Assembly (NCBI GenBank): GCA_934635045.1
Contig: CAKTZA010000008.1
Coordinates: forward strand, 17,788-81,787
Direction of reading: 5' to 3'
DNA from: an uncultured Kiritimatiellota bacterium
GTDB taxonomy: Bacteria; Verrucomicrobiota; Kiritimatiellia; RFP12; UBA1067
Length of the DNA: 64,000 nucleotides
In this document: positions 46,901-54,133 of the stretch, one piece after another
Position numbering within the stretch: the first letter of the stretch is position 1
How the letters are laid out: every line of letters begins with the position of its first letter
Notes under the pieces: generated by a model
Told to the model about the DNA's origin: nothing
Databases searched by the model: none
Seen by the model: only the letters and a program-made list of their open reading frames with translations
Program-made: the position numbers and the translations under genes

Positions 46901-48985
46901 CGCTGCCGGACGACGGACAGCTGCCGCATCGACCTCGACACGACGAAGCCGAGGGCGATCCCGCTCGCGGAGGAGGTCGCGGAGATCTCGCTCCCGTGGG
47001 CCGCGCGCTGGGCGGACGAGACCTCGGCGTCCCTCAACATGCAGGACGGTTCGGACGTGAAGGTCGTCGCGATCACGCGGTACAACGCGGTGACGAACGT
47101 GGTCAACACGTTGACGATGCTGGCCGACGAGGGCGGCATGCTCACCAATCGGATCGACGATGGCGTCACCGTCCTGGAATGCACGATCTCGAACCGGGCG
47201 ACGGGGGCGCAGACGACCTACACGCGCCAGTTCATCCGCGCGCCGGTGATTCCCGCCACGGCGGTGCGCAGGCCGGGGGAGAACGCGATCGACGTCATGT
47301 GGACGGTGGTGGACGGCTGCACCTACTACCAGGTCGTCCGCCGCACGGTGGACCGCGACGGGACGCGCGGCGCATGGGGGAACCGGATGGGGGTCTCGCC
47401 CTCAGGCACCGAAGGCAGCTACCCCGACATCGGCGTCGACGCCCTGACGCTCTACGAGTTCGCCGTGTGCCCGAAGTATGCCGACCCGTCCGACTACGGC
47501 TACGTCACGGCCGAGCCGGTCGTGCCGTCCGCGCCCGTCTCGGTGCTGGGCGCGCGCCTCGACCTTTATAACCTCTCGGTGGGCGATCCGTGGGACTGCA
47601 CGGTCGGCGTCGACTTCGCATACGCCTCGTGCCGCCTCCTTAGCGACCCGACGGATCTCGCGCACGTCAGCCTGAAGGACCTGACGGGCGGCACGAACGT
47701 CTCTGCGCGGACGCTCGCCCTCGACGGCGCGTCCGTCTCGAACGGCGCGTTCACGCTCGACCTCGACCCGGCGCAGGGCGCGGTCTCGACGGGGCGGCTC
47801 GCCTGGCATGCGACGGCGGACCTGCCGAACGCCTACCTCACGAACGTCGTCCTCGAAATCAAGATGCAGCCGTCGGGGACGACGGCGGTGACGGCGCCGT
47901 TCACGCTGGACACGCGGGGGACGCGTGCGACGTTCGACGCGCTGGGGCCGTGGCTCGACGGCGGCGCGACCGCCGTCACGGAGACCGTCGCCGCGGCCTA
48001 CGGCGCGCTCCCGGCGGCGACGCGCGCGGGCTACAGGCTTGCCGGCTGGACGCTCGGCGTGACGAACGGCGCGCCGCAGGCGCGCGAAGGCGAGGCGCCC
48101 CTCCGCCTCGGGCCGCACACGCTCTACGCGCGGTGGGAGACGGACTGGGGCGGCGAGACCGCGTTCGCCTACGAGGCGATCGACGCGACGACGGCGCGGA
48201 TCACGAGCCTGAAGGGGGCGGCGCCGGCGAACGGACGCTTCGGCCTGCCCGACCGGGTGGACGGCTACCTCGTCACGGAGATCGGCGCGCGGGCGTTCGC
48301 CTATTCGCCGGCTGCGTTCGGCGCGGTCTCGTTCCCGGTCTTCTGCACGAATGTCGCGGATTATGCGTTCGGGAGCGCAAGGGGCGTGATGGCGCTGACG
48401 TTTGTGACGCCGCGCCGCGCGGATCGTCCGTCCGAGACGGCGACGCTGTCGCTTGGCGAGGGCGCGTTCACGGGCACGGGCGTGACGGCGGTGACGATTC
48501 CGGCGTTCGTCGATTTCATCGGCGCGGGCGCGTTCGGCAACTGCCAGTCGCTTGCCGAGGTGACGGTGCTGGGGACGCCGACGACGGGCGGCAGCGATGT
48601 CTTCCGCCGGGCGGCCCTCGCGACGGCTGACAAGAAGCTGACGCTGCGGGCCGATACGGCGTGGATCGCGGCGAACGGCTTTGACGCGAAGGGCAACATC
48701 ACGCCGACGGAGCTTGCGCCGACCGTCCAGTCCGTGCGCGTGACGGGGCTTTCGGGCGCGGCGAAGGCGTGGACGCTGAAGCTTGAAGTGAAGCTGGCGG
48801 ACGGCGACTGGCGCGCGTTCGACGCGACGGCGGTGCGCGTCGATTTCGCCGAAACGCTGGACGGCACGCCGACGCGGCTCGTGCCGACGGCGGCGGACAA
48901 GTCGGACGAGGGCGTCGTGACGGTCACGGTCGAGCTGCCGTCCGACAGCCCGTCCGGCTTCTTCCGTGTGATCGTTGGCGAGTGA
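43931..48985 (+). CDS. Giant secreted surface protein (about 1685 aa) with Fn3-like repeats, Listeria-Bacteroides repeat (InlB B-repeat-like) and BspA-type leucine-rich repeats
   Basis: Signal peptide (MQADRAFFHSLAAVAAAAFAFSLHA). Two near-identical Fn3-like modules (TGYEVTVESW..). GYRLAGWTLG...TLYARWET List_Bact_rpt-like segment. BspA-LRR-like ...CTNVADYAFGS...AFTGTGVTAVTIPAFVDFIGAGAFGNC. TTTTTGGTAAAAT promoter and GGAGG RBS upstream. Confidence 0.6.
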   Translation: MRSRIMQADRAFFHSLAAVAAAAFAFSLHAAPSGKTFTTVDHPGAYPTPQNVAAALSDDGRRIVLQWDGVRWPVDGYPGVIDGRDVPTNFYYAVDCRTRASGADEWDSWWNCSSLSRFASNYGVPGPFLDRVTLTRNAGPGTNYQFRVRCQCNAVWRGEGQYPTPNEDPDPTQDAYFSDWSETVQAYRTLDALALSLVEDAAPTPQGGKATVEVAYTYTSSRADDGEEPLFFTFEAIEIPDDGWHPEAPAEGQKPYVRRDGTPLAVKTLHVRPPDAAQAVDPTNFTLTASSAAGETRRISWSAWRDLENYYHTNVTIRVQGWAKPEAAGAAPRRVLDEAIGNVGLDTRLPPQNVVASTNDTNAVTVVWDAVPDATGYEVTVESWGVAASHAERTVTTNEACLVDRELPLPGLGRYTVRAVYPNGLKGAASAAAVGWRALDKAEVTGLATRRPWDGTVDIDLAFRTVRGKYAQAVDGASALPEKTVTVAVTTADGAAFAVQSLVRERLDASAGIIRREPVTNGSFTLGANDRIVWDARSDAPRMREPGAVLKVTLAGDAYGGPIVIERTFDLDTRTGLIDLPFGAENIRIPWSTRWAKPEVKEGGLGFGENDAWWKQTAVLTDVTDSANHVEILRTEAKLGEGTVCTWTPKNWGVNTLTLTLSPVSGSNERTEYAAVFRMPDFAFKVRAANEDGVTLWWRAVDGAATYEIRRRLAGASGDFETVTNVTNATTWTDSSVDTIVGSFEYVVVPKTASGGGSLPVLSPVTGTRGAAQTPQNVVASTNDTNAVTVVWDAVPKASGYEVKVESWDVAINRTEQTVTVDEACFVDTELPQPGLGRYTVTAVYPNGVKGEPSAPAVGHAALDTMKILGASTRWPWNGTVDLDVEYKTVRPRFRELFGLDNLPYPTNVTLAATTADGASIAVRTLVKESPLDTGTYTVNRAEVPNGAQDPGGTMIFRGSGRTRLVWDAEADAPDRAAPGATLTLTVSDDRCRTTDSCRIDLDTTKPRAIPLAEEVAEISLPWAARWADETSASLNMQDGSDVKVVAITRYNAVTNVVNTLTMLADEGGMLTNRIDDGVTVLECTISNRATGAQTTYTRQFIRAPVIPATAVRRPGENAIDVMWTVVDGCTYYQVVRRTVDRDGTRGAWGNRMGVSPSGTEGSYPDIGVDALTLYEFAVCPKYADPSDYGYVTAEPVVPSAPVSVLGARLDLYNLSVGDPWDCTVGVDFAYASCRLLSDPTDLAHVSLKDLTGGTNVSARTLALDGASVSNGAFTLDLDPAQGAVSTGRLAWHATADLPNAYLTNVVLEIKMQPSGTTAVTAPFTLDTRGTRATFDALGPWLDGGATAVTETVAAAYGALPAATRAGYRLAGWTLGVTNGAPQAREGEAPLRLGPHTLYARWETDWGGETAFAYEAIDATTARITSLKGAAPANGRFGLPDRVDGYLVTEIGARAFAYSPAAFGAVSFPVFCTNVADYAFGSARGVMALTFVTPRRADRPSETATLSLGEGAFTGTGVTAVTIPAFVDFIGAGAFGNCQSLAEVTVLGTPTTGGSDVFRRAALATADKKLTLRADTAWIAANGFDAKGNITPTELAPTVQSVRVTGLSGAAKAWTLKLEVKLADGDWRAFDATAVRVDFAETLDGTPTRLVPTAADKSDEGVVTVTVELPSDSPSGFFRVIVGE
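44981..45236 (+). repeat. Intragenic direct repeat copy 1 (about 256 bp, about 85% identical to 46253..46508)
   Basis: ccgcagaacgtggtcgcctcgacgaacgacacgaacgccgtcacggtcgtgtgggacgcggtgccgg... read in both places. Confidence 0.8.
46253..46508 (+). repeat. Intragenic direct repeat copy 2
   Basis: See copy 1. Confidence 0.8.
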
Positions 48986-49000
48986 AGAGGATGTGCGCAT

Positions 49001-49079
49001 CTCTCACACGGAGCCACGGAGGCACGGAGTCTGACCTGTTGGATCAGCTCGCTCCGTGTCTCCGTGCCTCCGTGTGAGA
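49001..49079 (+). repeat. CACGGAG/CTCCGTG long hairpin element (copy c) downstream of the giant gene
   Basis: tctcacacggagccacggaggcacggag-loop-ctccgtgtctccgtgcctccgtgtgaga. Near-perfect 28-bp arms. Likely terminator. Confidence 0.75.
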
Positions 49080-49102
49080 ACAGACACTGACAGTAAGGAG
49101 AA

Positions 49103-50065
49103 TTGGAAATGAAGACGAAGACGTTTGGTTGGGTGATGGGGCTCGCGGCCGCCGTGGCGGCGACGGCGGCGCAGGCGGAAGGGTGGCGGTTCTCGGCGGG
49201 GCCGGCCTGGCGCTCTCGCGTGGAGGTCAAGACGTCCGGGTCGGCGTCCGCGCCCTTGGCCACGCTCGGCGCGAATTCGGTCAACTATCACTATGACACG
49301 GACAACGCGCAGGTCGTGCCCGACCCGACCGACCCCACGGAATCGCTGTGGAAGATTCCCGTGAAGCGCACGGAGGTCATCCAGTCGACGGGCGACGGCG
49401 TGGCGAGCCTGTCGGACTCGGACAATCCGTCTGCGTTGGGCCTCAATCTCTCGGCGAGATATGACGTCTATTCCGGCGATTGGTTTTCGGTCGGCCTTGG
49501 CCTGCGGTTCGCCGCGTTCTTCGACATGAAGTCCTCGTCGTCCGCGTTCCTGAATACGGGCTCGACGCGGACGCGCGTTTCAAAGGGCTGGTTTCTGCAT
49601 GAGGATATGCCGTGGCCGCCGACTGCGCTGCCCGCGCCCTGGGACGCGCCGACCTGTCCCGACTTCCGTGATGAGGTCGTCACCGATCCCGGCACGCCCG
49701 ACTTCGGCACGGGGTCGCGCCTCGTCACGTCGCGCTACCGGGCCGACCTCTGGCAGCTCGGCGTCGGGCCGAACGTGACGTGGCACGCCCTCTCCTGGCT
49801 CGACGCCTACGCGGGCGTGGAGGCGATCCTCAACCTCGCGACGGTCGACTTCGACGCGAACGGCTCTTCGACCTCCCGGACGGACTGCCTCCTCGGCTTC
49901 GGCGGCCACGTCGGGCTGGAGGCGAAGCTCACGGACAATCTCGGCCTCTACGGCCAGGTCGGCTACGAGTGGGTGGACGCGAGCGACGTCTCGGCCGGCG
50001 GCCTGCGGGCGGAGGCCGACTTCTCGTCCCTCGTCGTCTCGGCCGGCGTCTGCTTCCGGTTTTGA
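49103..50065 (+). CDS. Outer-membrane beta-barrel protein (porin/OmpA-like family, putative)
   Basis: Signal peptide ...AATAAQA. Alternating amphipathic beta-strand pattern. C-terminal ...SAGVCFRF ending in Phe. Confidence 0.5.
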   Translation: MEMKTKTFGWVMGLAAAVAATAAQAEGWRFSAGPAWRSRVEVKTSGSASAPLATLGANSVNYHYDTDNAQVVPDPTDPTESLWKIPVKRTEVIQSTGDGVASLSDSDNPSALGLNLSARYDVYSGDWFSVGLGLRFAAFFDMKSSSSAFLNTGSTRTRVSKGWFLHEDMPWPPTALPAPWDAPTCPDFRDEVVTDPGTPDFGTGSRLVTSRYRADLWQLGVGPNVTWHALSWLDAYAGVEAILNLATVDFDANGSSTSRTDCLLGFGGHVGLEAKLTDNLGLYGQVGYEWVDASDVSAGGLRAEADFSSLVVSAGVCFRF

Positions 50066-50136
50066 GGCTGTTGGCCGTTCGTGCGCCGACGCCTTCACGT
50101 GAAGAGCCGTGACGGGTTTGGCTCTTCTCGTTTTGG

Positions 50137-50142
50137 TATAAT
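50137..50142 (+). promoter_or_regulatory. -10 box of TTTTGGTATAAT promoter placed 7 nt before the ATG (leaderless-type)
   Basis: ttttggtataatacggcccATG. Confidence 0.5.
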
Positions 50143-50149
50143 ACGGCCC

Positions 50150-53100
50150 ATGTCTACGAAACAGAAGATCGAACGTCTTGGATTTCTCCTCTTCGCGGCC
50201 GTCTCCGTCGGCGCGGCGGACGACATCACCTGCGAGAGGTATCCCGACGCCGACGCGGTGCTGGTGGACGACGTCTCGCGCATCGCGTACAATCCCGACG
50301 GCACCTACGTCGAGTCGAGCGAGAGCTGGACGAAGATACTGACCGAGAAGGGGCGGCGCGAGGAGAGCACGGTTGCGCTCCACTACTCGAAGCGCTACGG
50401 CACGGCGTCCGTCGACTTCGTCGGCATCGTCGGCACGAACGGCGTCGAACGCACGGTCGACGTGTCGGCGACGACGCGCGAATCGACGGACAACGGCTCG
50501 ATGGCGGCGAACATCTACGATCCGCTTGACCGCCGCATCGTCTGCACGATCCCCGGCCTGGCCGTCGGCGAGACGCTGCACGTGAAGACGACGCGCCGCT
50601 CCCTGAAGCCGCGCTGCGTGGGCCAGTGGTCCGACCTCGCGGTCTTCGCGTGGTCGAACCCGATCCTCCGCTCGCGCGTCGAGATTCGCGCGCCGAAGGA
50701 ACGTCCGCTCAAGCGCATTGCGATCCGCCATCCGCGCGGCAACATCGCGACGTCCGAGACGCCGCTCGCGGACGGCGGCACGCTGCACGTCTTCACGGCG
50801 ACGAATTCGGCGCAGGTCTTCCCAGAGCCGGACATGCCGCCGCTCTACACGCAGGTCCAGCATCTGCGCGTCTCGACGGCGGCGGACTGGCCGGAGATCT
50901 CGCGGTGGTACTGGGGTCTCTGCGCGCCGCATCTTGCGAAGACGAACGCGGCAATGATCGCAAAAATCGAAGATCTCAAATCTCAGATTTCAAAATCCAA
51001 TGTTCAAATTTCAGAGTCCCAGATTTTAGATCTTAAATCTGAAATTGTAAATTTCAACGCGCAACTCCTCCGCGCGATCTTCAAGTTCGTCTCGCAGGAG
51101 GTGCGCTACATGGGCCTCACGATGGAGGACACGTCGCCCGGCTACGCGCCGCACGACGTGGACGTCACGTTCGACAACCGTTACGGCGTCTGCCGCGACA
51201 AGGCGGGGCTCCTGGTGGCGATGCTGCGTCTCGCGGGCTTCAAGGCGTTCCCCGTCCTCATCAACGTCGGCGCGAAGCTCGACCCCGACGTGCCCCAGCC
51301 GTTCTTCAACCACGCCATTGTCGCCGTCGAACTTCCGAAGGACGTGAACAGCCGCACCTCTTCCTTCTTCCCTCTTCCTTCTTCCTTTCCTTACCTCCTC
51401 ATGGATCCGACGAACGAGAACGCGAAGGACCTCTTCCCGGCCTACGAAAGCGACAAGAGCTACCTCGTCTGCCGTCCGGAGGGGGACGTGCTGCGCCTCT
51501 CGCCGACGCCGACGCCCGACCACAACGCGCTTCGGGTCGTGTCGAAGGGCGTCCTCGCGAAGGACGGCTCGCTCGTCGTGGAGAGCGACGTCTCCTTTGG
51601 CGGCGTGAACGACACCGTCTACCGTCCGGCGCTTGTGAAGATGACGGGCGAGGATCGCGTCAAGTTCTTCGAGCGCGCCGTGAAGCGGCTTGCGGCGGGC
51701 GCGGAGCTCATCCGCTGCGAGATCGAGCCGGCGGACATGCGCGACACCGAGGTGCCCATCCGCGTGAAGCTCGCCGCCCGCCTGCCGGAGATGCTGCTCC
51801 GGGGCGAAACGTGCGACCGCCTCGACGTGCCGTTCGTCACGAAGACGCTCGGCCTCGCGAACTTCCTCCTGTCCGGCAACACGTCGCTCGAACGGCGCAC
51901 GTTCCCGCTCGTCCTCGACTCGACAGCCTGCGTCGACGAGCGGCTGGAGATCGACCTCGCCGGCGTCGTGGGCGCGGCGCGCGACCTGCCGCCGGACGTG
52001 CAGATCGACGGCGGCTACGCCTATCGCCGCGCGTTTTCCGTCTCGAACGGCGTCCTGCGGGCGCAGCGGCGGCTCGCGGTCGCGCAGGTCGAGTTCTCGG
52101 CGGACGCCTACGCGAACCTGCGCGAGGACGTGAAGCGCGTCGAGGCGGCGGAGCGCCGCCAGCCCGTCTTCGCCGTCGATCCGCTTGCCGAGGCGGACGT
52201 GCGGTGGATTGACGAGGCGACGGAAGTCGACATCGCCTCCGACCGGGCGTGGACGGTCACGAACCGCGTCGTGAAGGAGATCTTGACCTACAAGGGCAAG
52301 AAGGGCTCGGCGGAGCTCGAATTCAGCTTCAACCCCTGCGTCGAGACGTTCGATCTCGTGTCCGCGACGGTCAGCAACCGGGATGGCCGCGTCTATTCCG
52401 TCTCGCCGCGCGAGAAGAACGTGATGGACTGCGGCTGGGCGGCGTCCGCGCCGCGCTACCCGGCGTCGAAGATCCTCGTCGTCAACCTGCCGTCCGTCGA
52501 GATCGGCAGCACGATCTCCTACACGACCGTGCGCGCCGTCACGAACGCGTCGGCGGCGTACTACGGCGTCTTCGGCTTCGATTCGCACGAGCCGCTCGGA
52601 CGCCGCTTCGTGCGCGTGAACGGCTGGACGCGCGAGGTGCGCAATCCGCGCCGCATTCCGAACGAGCCGAGTCAGCCGGTGGCGTCGCTCTGGCGCGACC
52701 AGGTGATCGTCTCCTCGAACCGCTTCGCCCGGATGGATCTGGCGGTGGCGCCACTGCGGTCGGACGTCCTGCCGGACGGCGCGACGGTGCGCGAAATCCG
52801 CGACTGGATGGCCCGCCACGTGAAGATTGCGGGGCCGGGGCTGTACGAACTGCCGCTGGGCCGCCAGCTGACGGATCCGGCGGTCGTGCTGAAGGAACGT
52901 TACGCGACGCGGCTCGACTACGTGCGCACGCTCTGCGCGCTCCTGAAGGGCGCGGGCTACGCGGCGAACGTCGTGCTGGCGGCCGACAATGCGAACGACC
53001 CTGCGCCGATTCGCAACCGCATCAAGTTCGAGAAGCCGAACGTGCGCGCCTTTTCCGCCGCGCTCTGCCGCGTGCGCGTCCGGGAGGGCGGCTTCCTCGG

Positions 53101-53899
53101 CTTCGGCGGCGAGATGAAGACATTCTTCCTCGGCACGGAGAACGAGTATGCGCCGCTCGGCCCGACGGCCTATGCGGGCAGCGACGTCTTCGACCCGGCG
53201 ACGGGCTCGTTCGCGGTCGTCACGGTGCCGGAGGCGGACTTCCGCGACCGCACGGGCGAGACGAGCGAGTTTTTCGTGCGCGAGGACGGCGCGGTCGACC
53301 TGACCGTCGTCTCGTCGATTTGGGGCAGTGGCGTCGGCGGCTTCCGCAAGCGCTATGCGGAGATTCTGCCGGAAGACCGCAGCCGCCTCTACCAGTCGAT
53401 TCTCGGCAGCGTCGCGCAGGCGGCGAGCGCGACGCGCGAGCTGGAGGCGGACATCGAGGGCTATCCGGCGACGCGGCGGTTTTCCTGCTACGTCCCCGAC
53501 TTTGCGACCGTCGCCGGCGACACGATCACCGTGCAGCTGCCGGCGCTCGTCTCGTCCATCCCCACGTTTACGGGCCGCGCGCGGCAGACGCCGTTCGCCG
53601 TTGGCGCGGCGGACGCCGAATTTGAGGAGGTCACGGTGCGGTTCCCGGAAGGCTATACGCAGGTCGAGCACCTGCCGGAGCCCTTTGCGTTCGCCGCGCC
53701 GGACGATCCGGCGCGTCCGTGGCTCGTCTGCACGGTCACGTCGCAGGTCGAGGACGGCGCGCGGGTCGTGAAGATCCGCCGCGAGGTGTCGCCGCGCGTG
53801 TCGTCGTGGTACGCGCCGGACATGATTGAGCTCGTCCGCGACCGCAGCCGCCGCGCCGCGTCCCGCGCAAACCGCACGCTCGTCGTCCGCCGTCCCTGA
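50150..53899 (+). CDS. Large secreted transglutaminase-like cysteine-protease-fold protein (about 1249 aa, DUF3857-type architecture)
   Basis: Signal peptide. TGase-like catalytic core YGVCRDKAGLLVAMLRLAGFKAFPV. Contains two in-frame foreign-looking blocks: AT-rich 50953..51058 and pyrimidine tract 51356..51410. Confidence 0.55.
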   Translation: MSTKQKIERLGFLLFAAVSVGAADDITCERYPDADAVLVDDVSRIAYNPDGTYVESSESWTKILTEKGRREESTVALHYSKRYGTASVDFVGIVGTNGVERTVDVSATTRESTDNGSMAANIYDPLDRRIVCTIPGLAVGETLHVKTTRRSLKPRCVGQWSDLAVFAWSNPILRSRVEIRAPKERPLKRIAIRHPRGNIATSETPLADGGTLHVFTATNSAQVFPEPDMPPLYTQVQHLRVSTAADWPEISRWYWGLCAPHLAKTNAAMIAKIEDLKSQISKSNVQISESQILDLKSEIVNFNAQLLRAIFKFVSQEVRYMGLTMEDTSPGYAPHDVDVTFDNRYGVCRDKAGLLVAMLRLAGFKAFPVLINVGAKLDPDVPQPFFNHAIVAVELPKDVNSRTSSFFPLPSSFPYLLMDPTNENAKDLFPAYESDKSYLVCRPEGDVLRLSPTPTPDHNALRVVSKGVLAKDGSLVVESDVSFGGVNDTVYRPALVKMTGEDRVKFFERAVKRLAAGAELIRCEIEPADMRDTEVPIRVKLAARLPEMLLRGETCDRLDVPFVTKTLGLANFLLSGNTSLERRTFPLVLDSTACVDERLEIDLAGVVGAARDLPPDVQIDGGYAYRRAFSVSNGVLRAQRRLAVAQVEFSADAYANLREDVKRVEAAERRQPVFAVDPLAEADVRWIDEATEVDIASDRAWTVTNRVVKEILTYKGKKGSAELEFSFNPCVETFDLVSATVSNRDGRVYSVSPREKNVMDCGWAASAPRYPASKILVVNLPSVEIGSTISYTTVRAVTNASAAYYGVFGFDSHEPLGRRFVRVNGWTREVRNPRRIPNEPSQPVASLWRDQVIVSSNRFARMDLAVAPLRSDVLPDGATVREIRDWMARHVKIAGPGLYELPLGRQLTDPAVVLKERYATRLDYVRTLCALLKGAGYAANVVLAADNANDPAPIRNRIKFEKPNVRAFSAALCRVRVREGGFLGFGGEMKTFFLGTENEYAPLGPTAYAGSDVFDPATGSFAVVTVPEADFRDRTGETSEFFVREDGAVDLTVVSSIWGSGVGGFRKRYAEILPEDRSRLYQSILGSVAQAASATRELEADIEGYPATRRFSCYVPDFATVAGDTITVQLPALVSSIPTFTGRARQTPFAVGAADAEFEEVTVRFPEGYTQVEHLPEPFAFAAPDDPARPWLVCTVTSQVEDGARVVKIRREVSPRVSSWYAPDMIELVRDRSRRAASRANRTLVVRRP
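50953..51058 (+). repeat. AT-rich (about 35% GC) about 105-bp in-frame block with internal imperfect palindromes around two AGATCT sites
   Basis: atcgcaaaaatcgaagatctcaaatctcagatttcaaaatccaatgttcaaatttcagagtcccagattttagatcttaaatctgaaattgtaaatttcaa. Encodes IAKIEDLKSQISKSNVQISESQILDLKSEIVNFN. Confidence 0.7.
51356..51410 (+). repeat. Polypyrimidine (TTCC-rich) tract in frame (encodes TSSFFPLPSSFPYLL); complement of the GGAA-rich family
   Basis: cacctcttccttcttccctcttccttcttcctttccttacctcctc. Confidence 0.6.
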
Positions 53900-53934
53900 C
53901 GCGAGGCCCTCGTCCTGCACGGGAAGGTCTGCGA

Positions 53935-54090
53935 CGCTGAACGCGGAGGCAGCGGAGATGGGGAGACGCGGAGGTGCGAGCCGCAGACAGTCAGGACGGC
54001 ATCGATCCGACTTCAGATTTCGTGAATTCCCTCAAGGCCTCCGTGTCTCCGCTTCTCCGTCCCCTCCGTGTTCAGCGAAAGCAACCGTTG
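53935..54090 (+). repeat. CACGGAG/CTCCGTG long hairpin element (copy d) downstream of the TGase-like gene
   Basis: gctgaacgcggaggcagcggagatggggagacgcggagg ... cctccgtgtctccgcttctccgtcccctccgtgttcagcgaaagcaacc. Confidence 0.7.
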
Positions 54091-54133
54091 ATGCCACACC
54101 GGAGGCGGTTTTTTGGTATAATTCAACGCTCAT

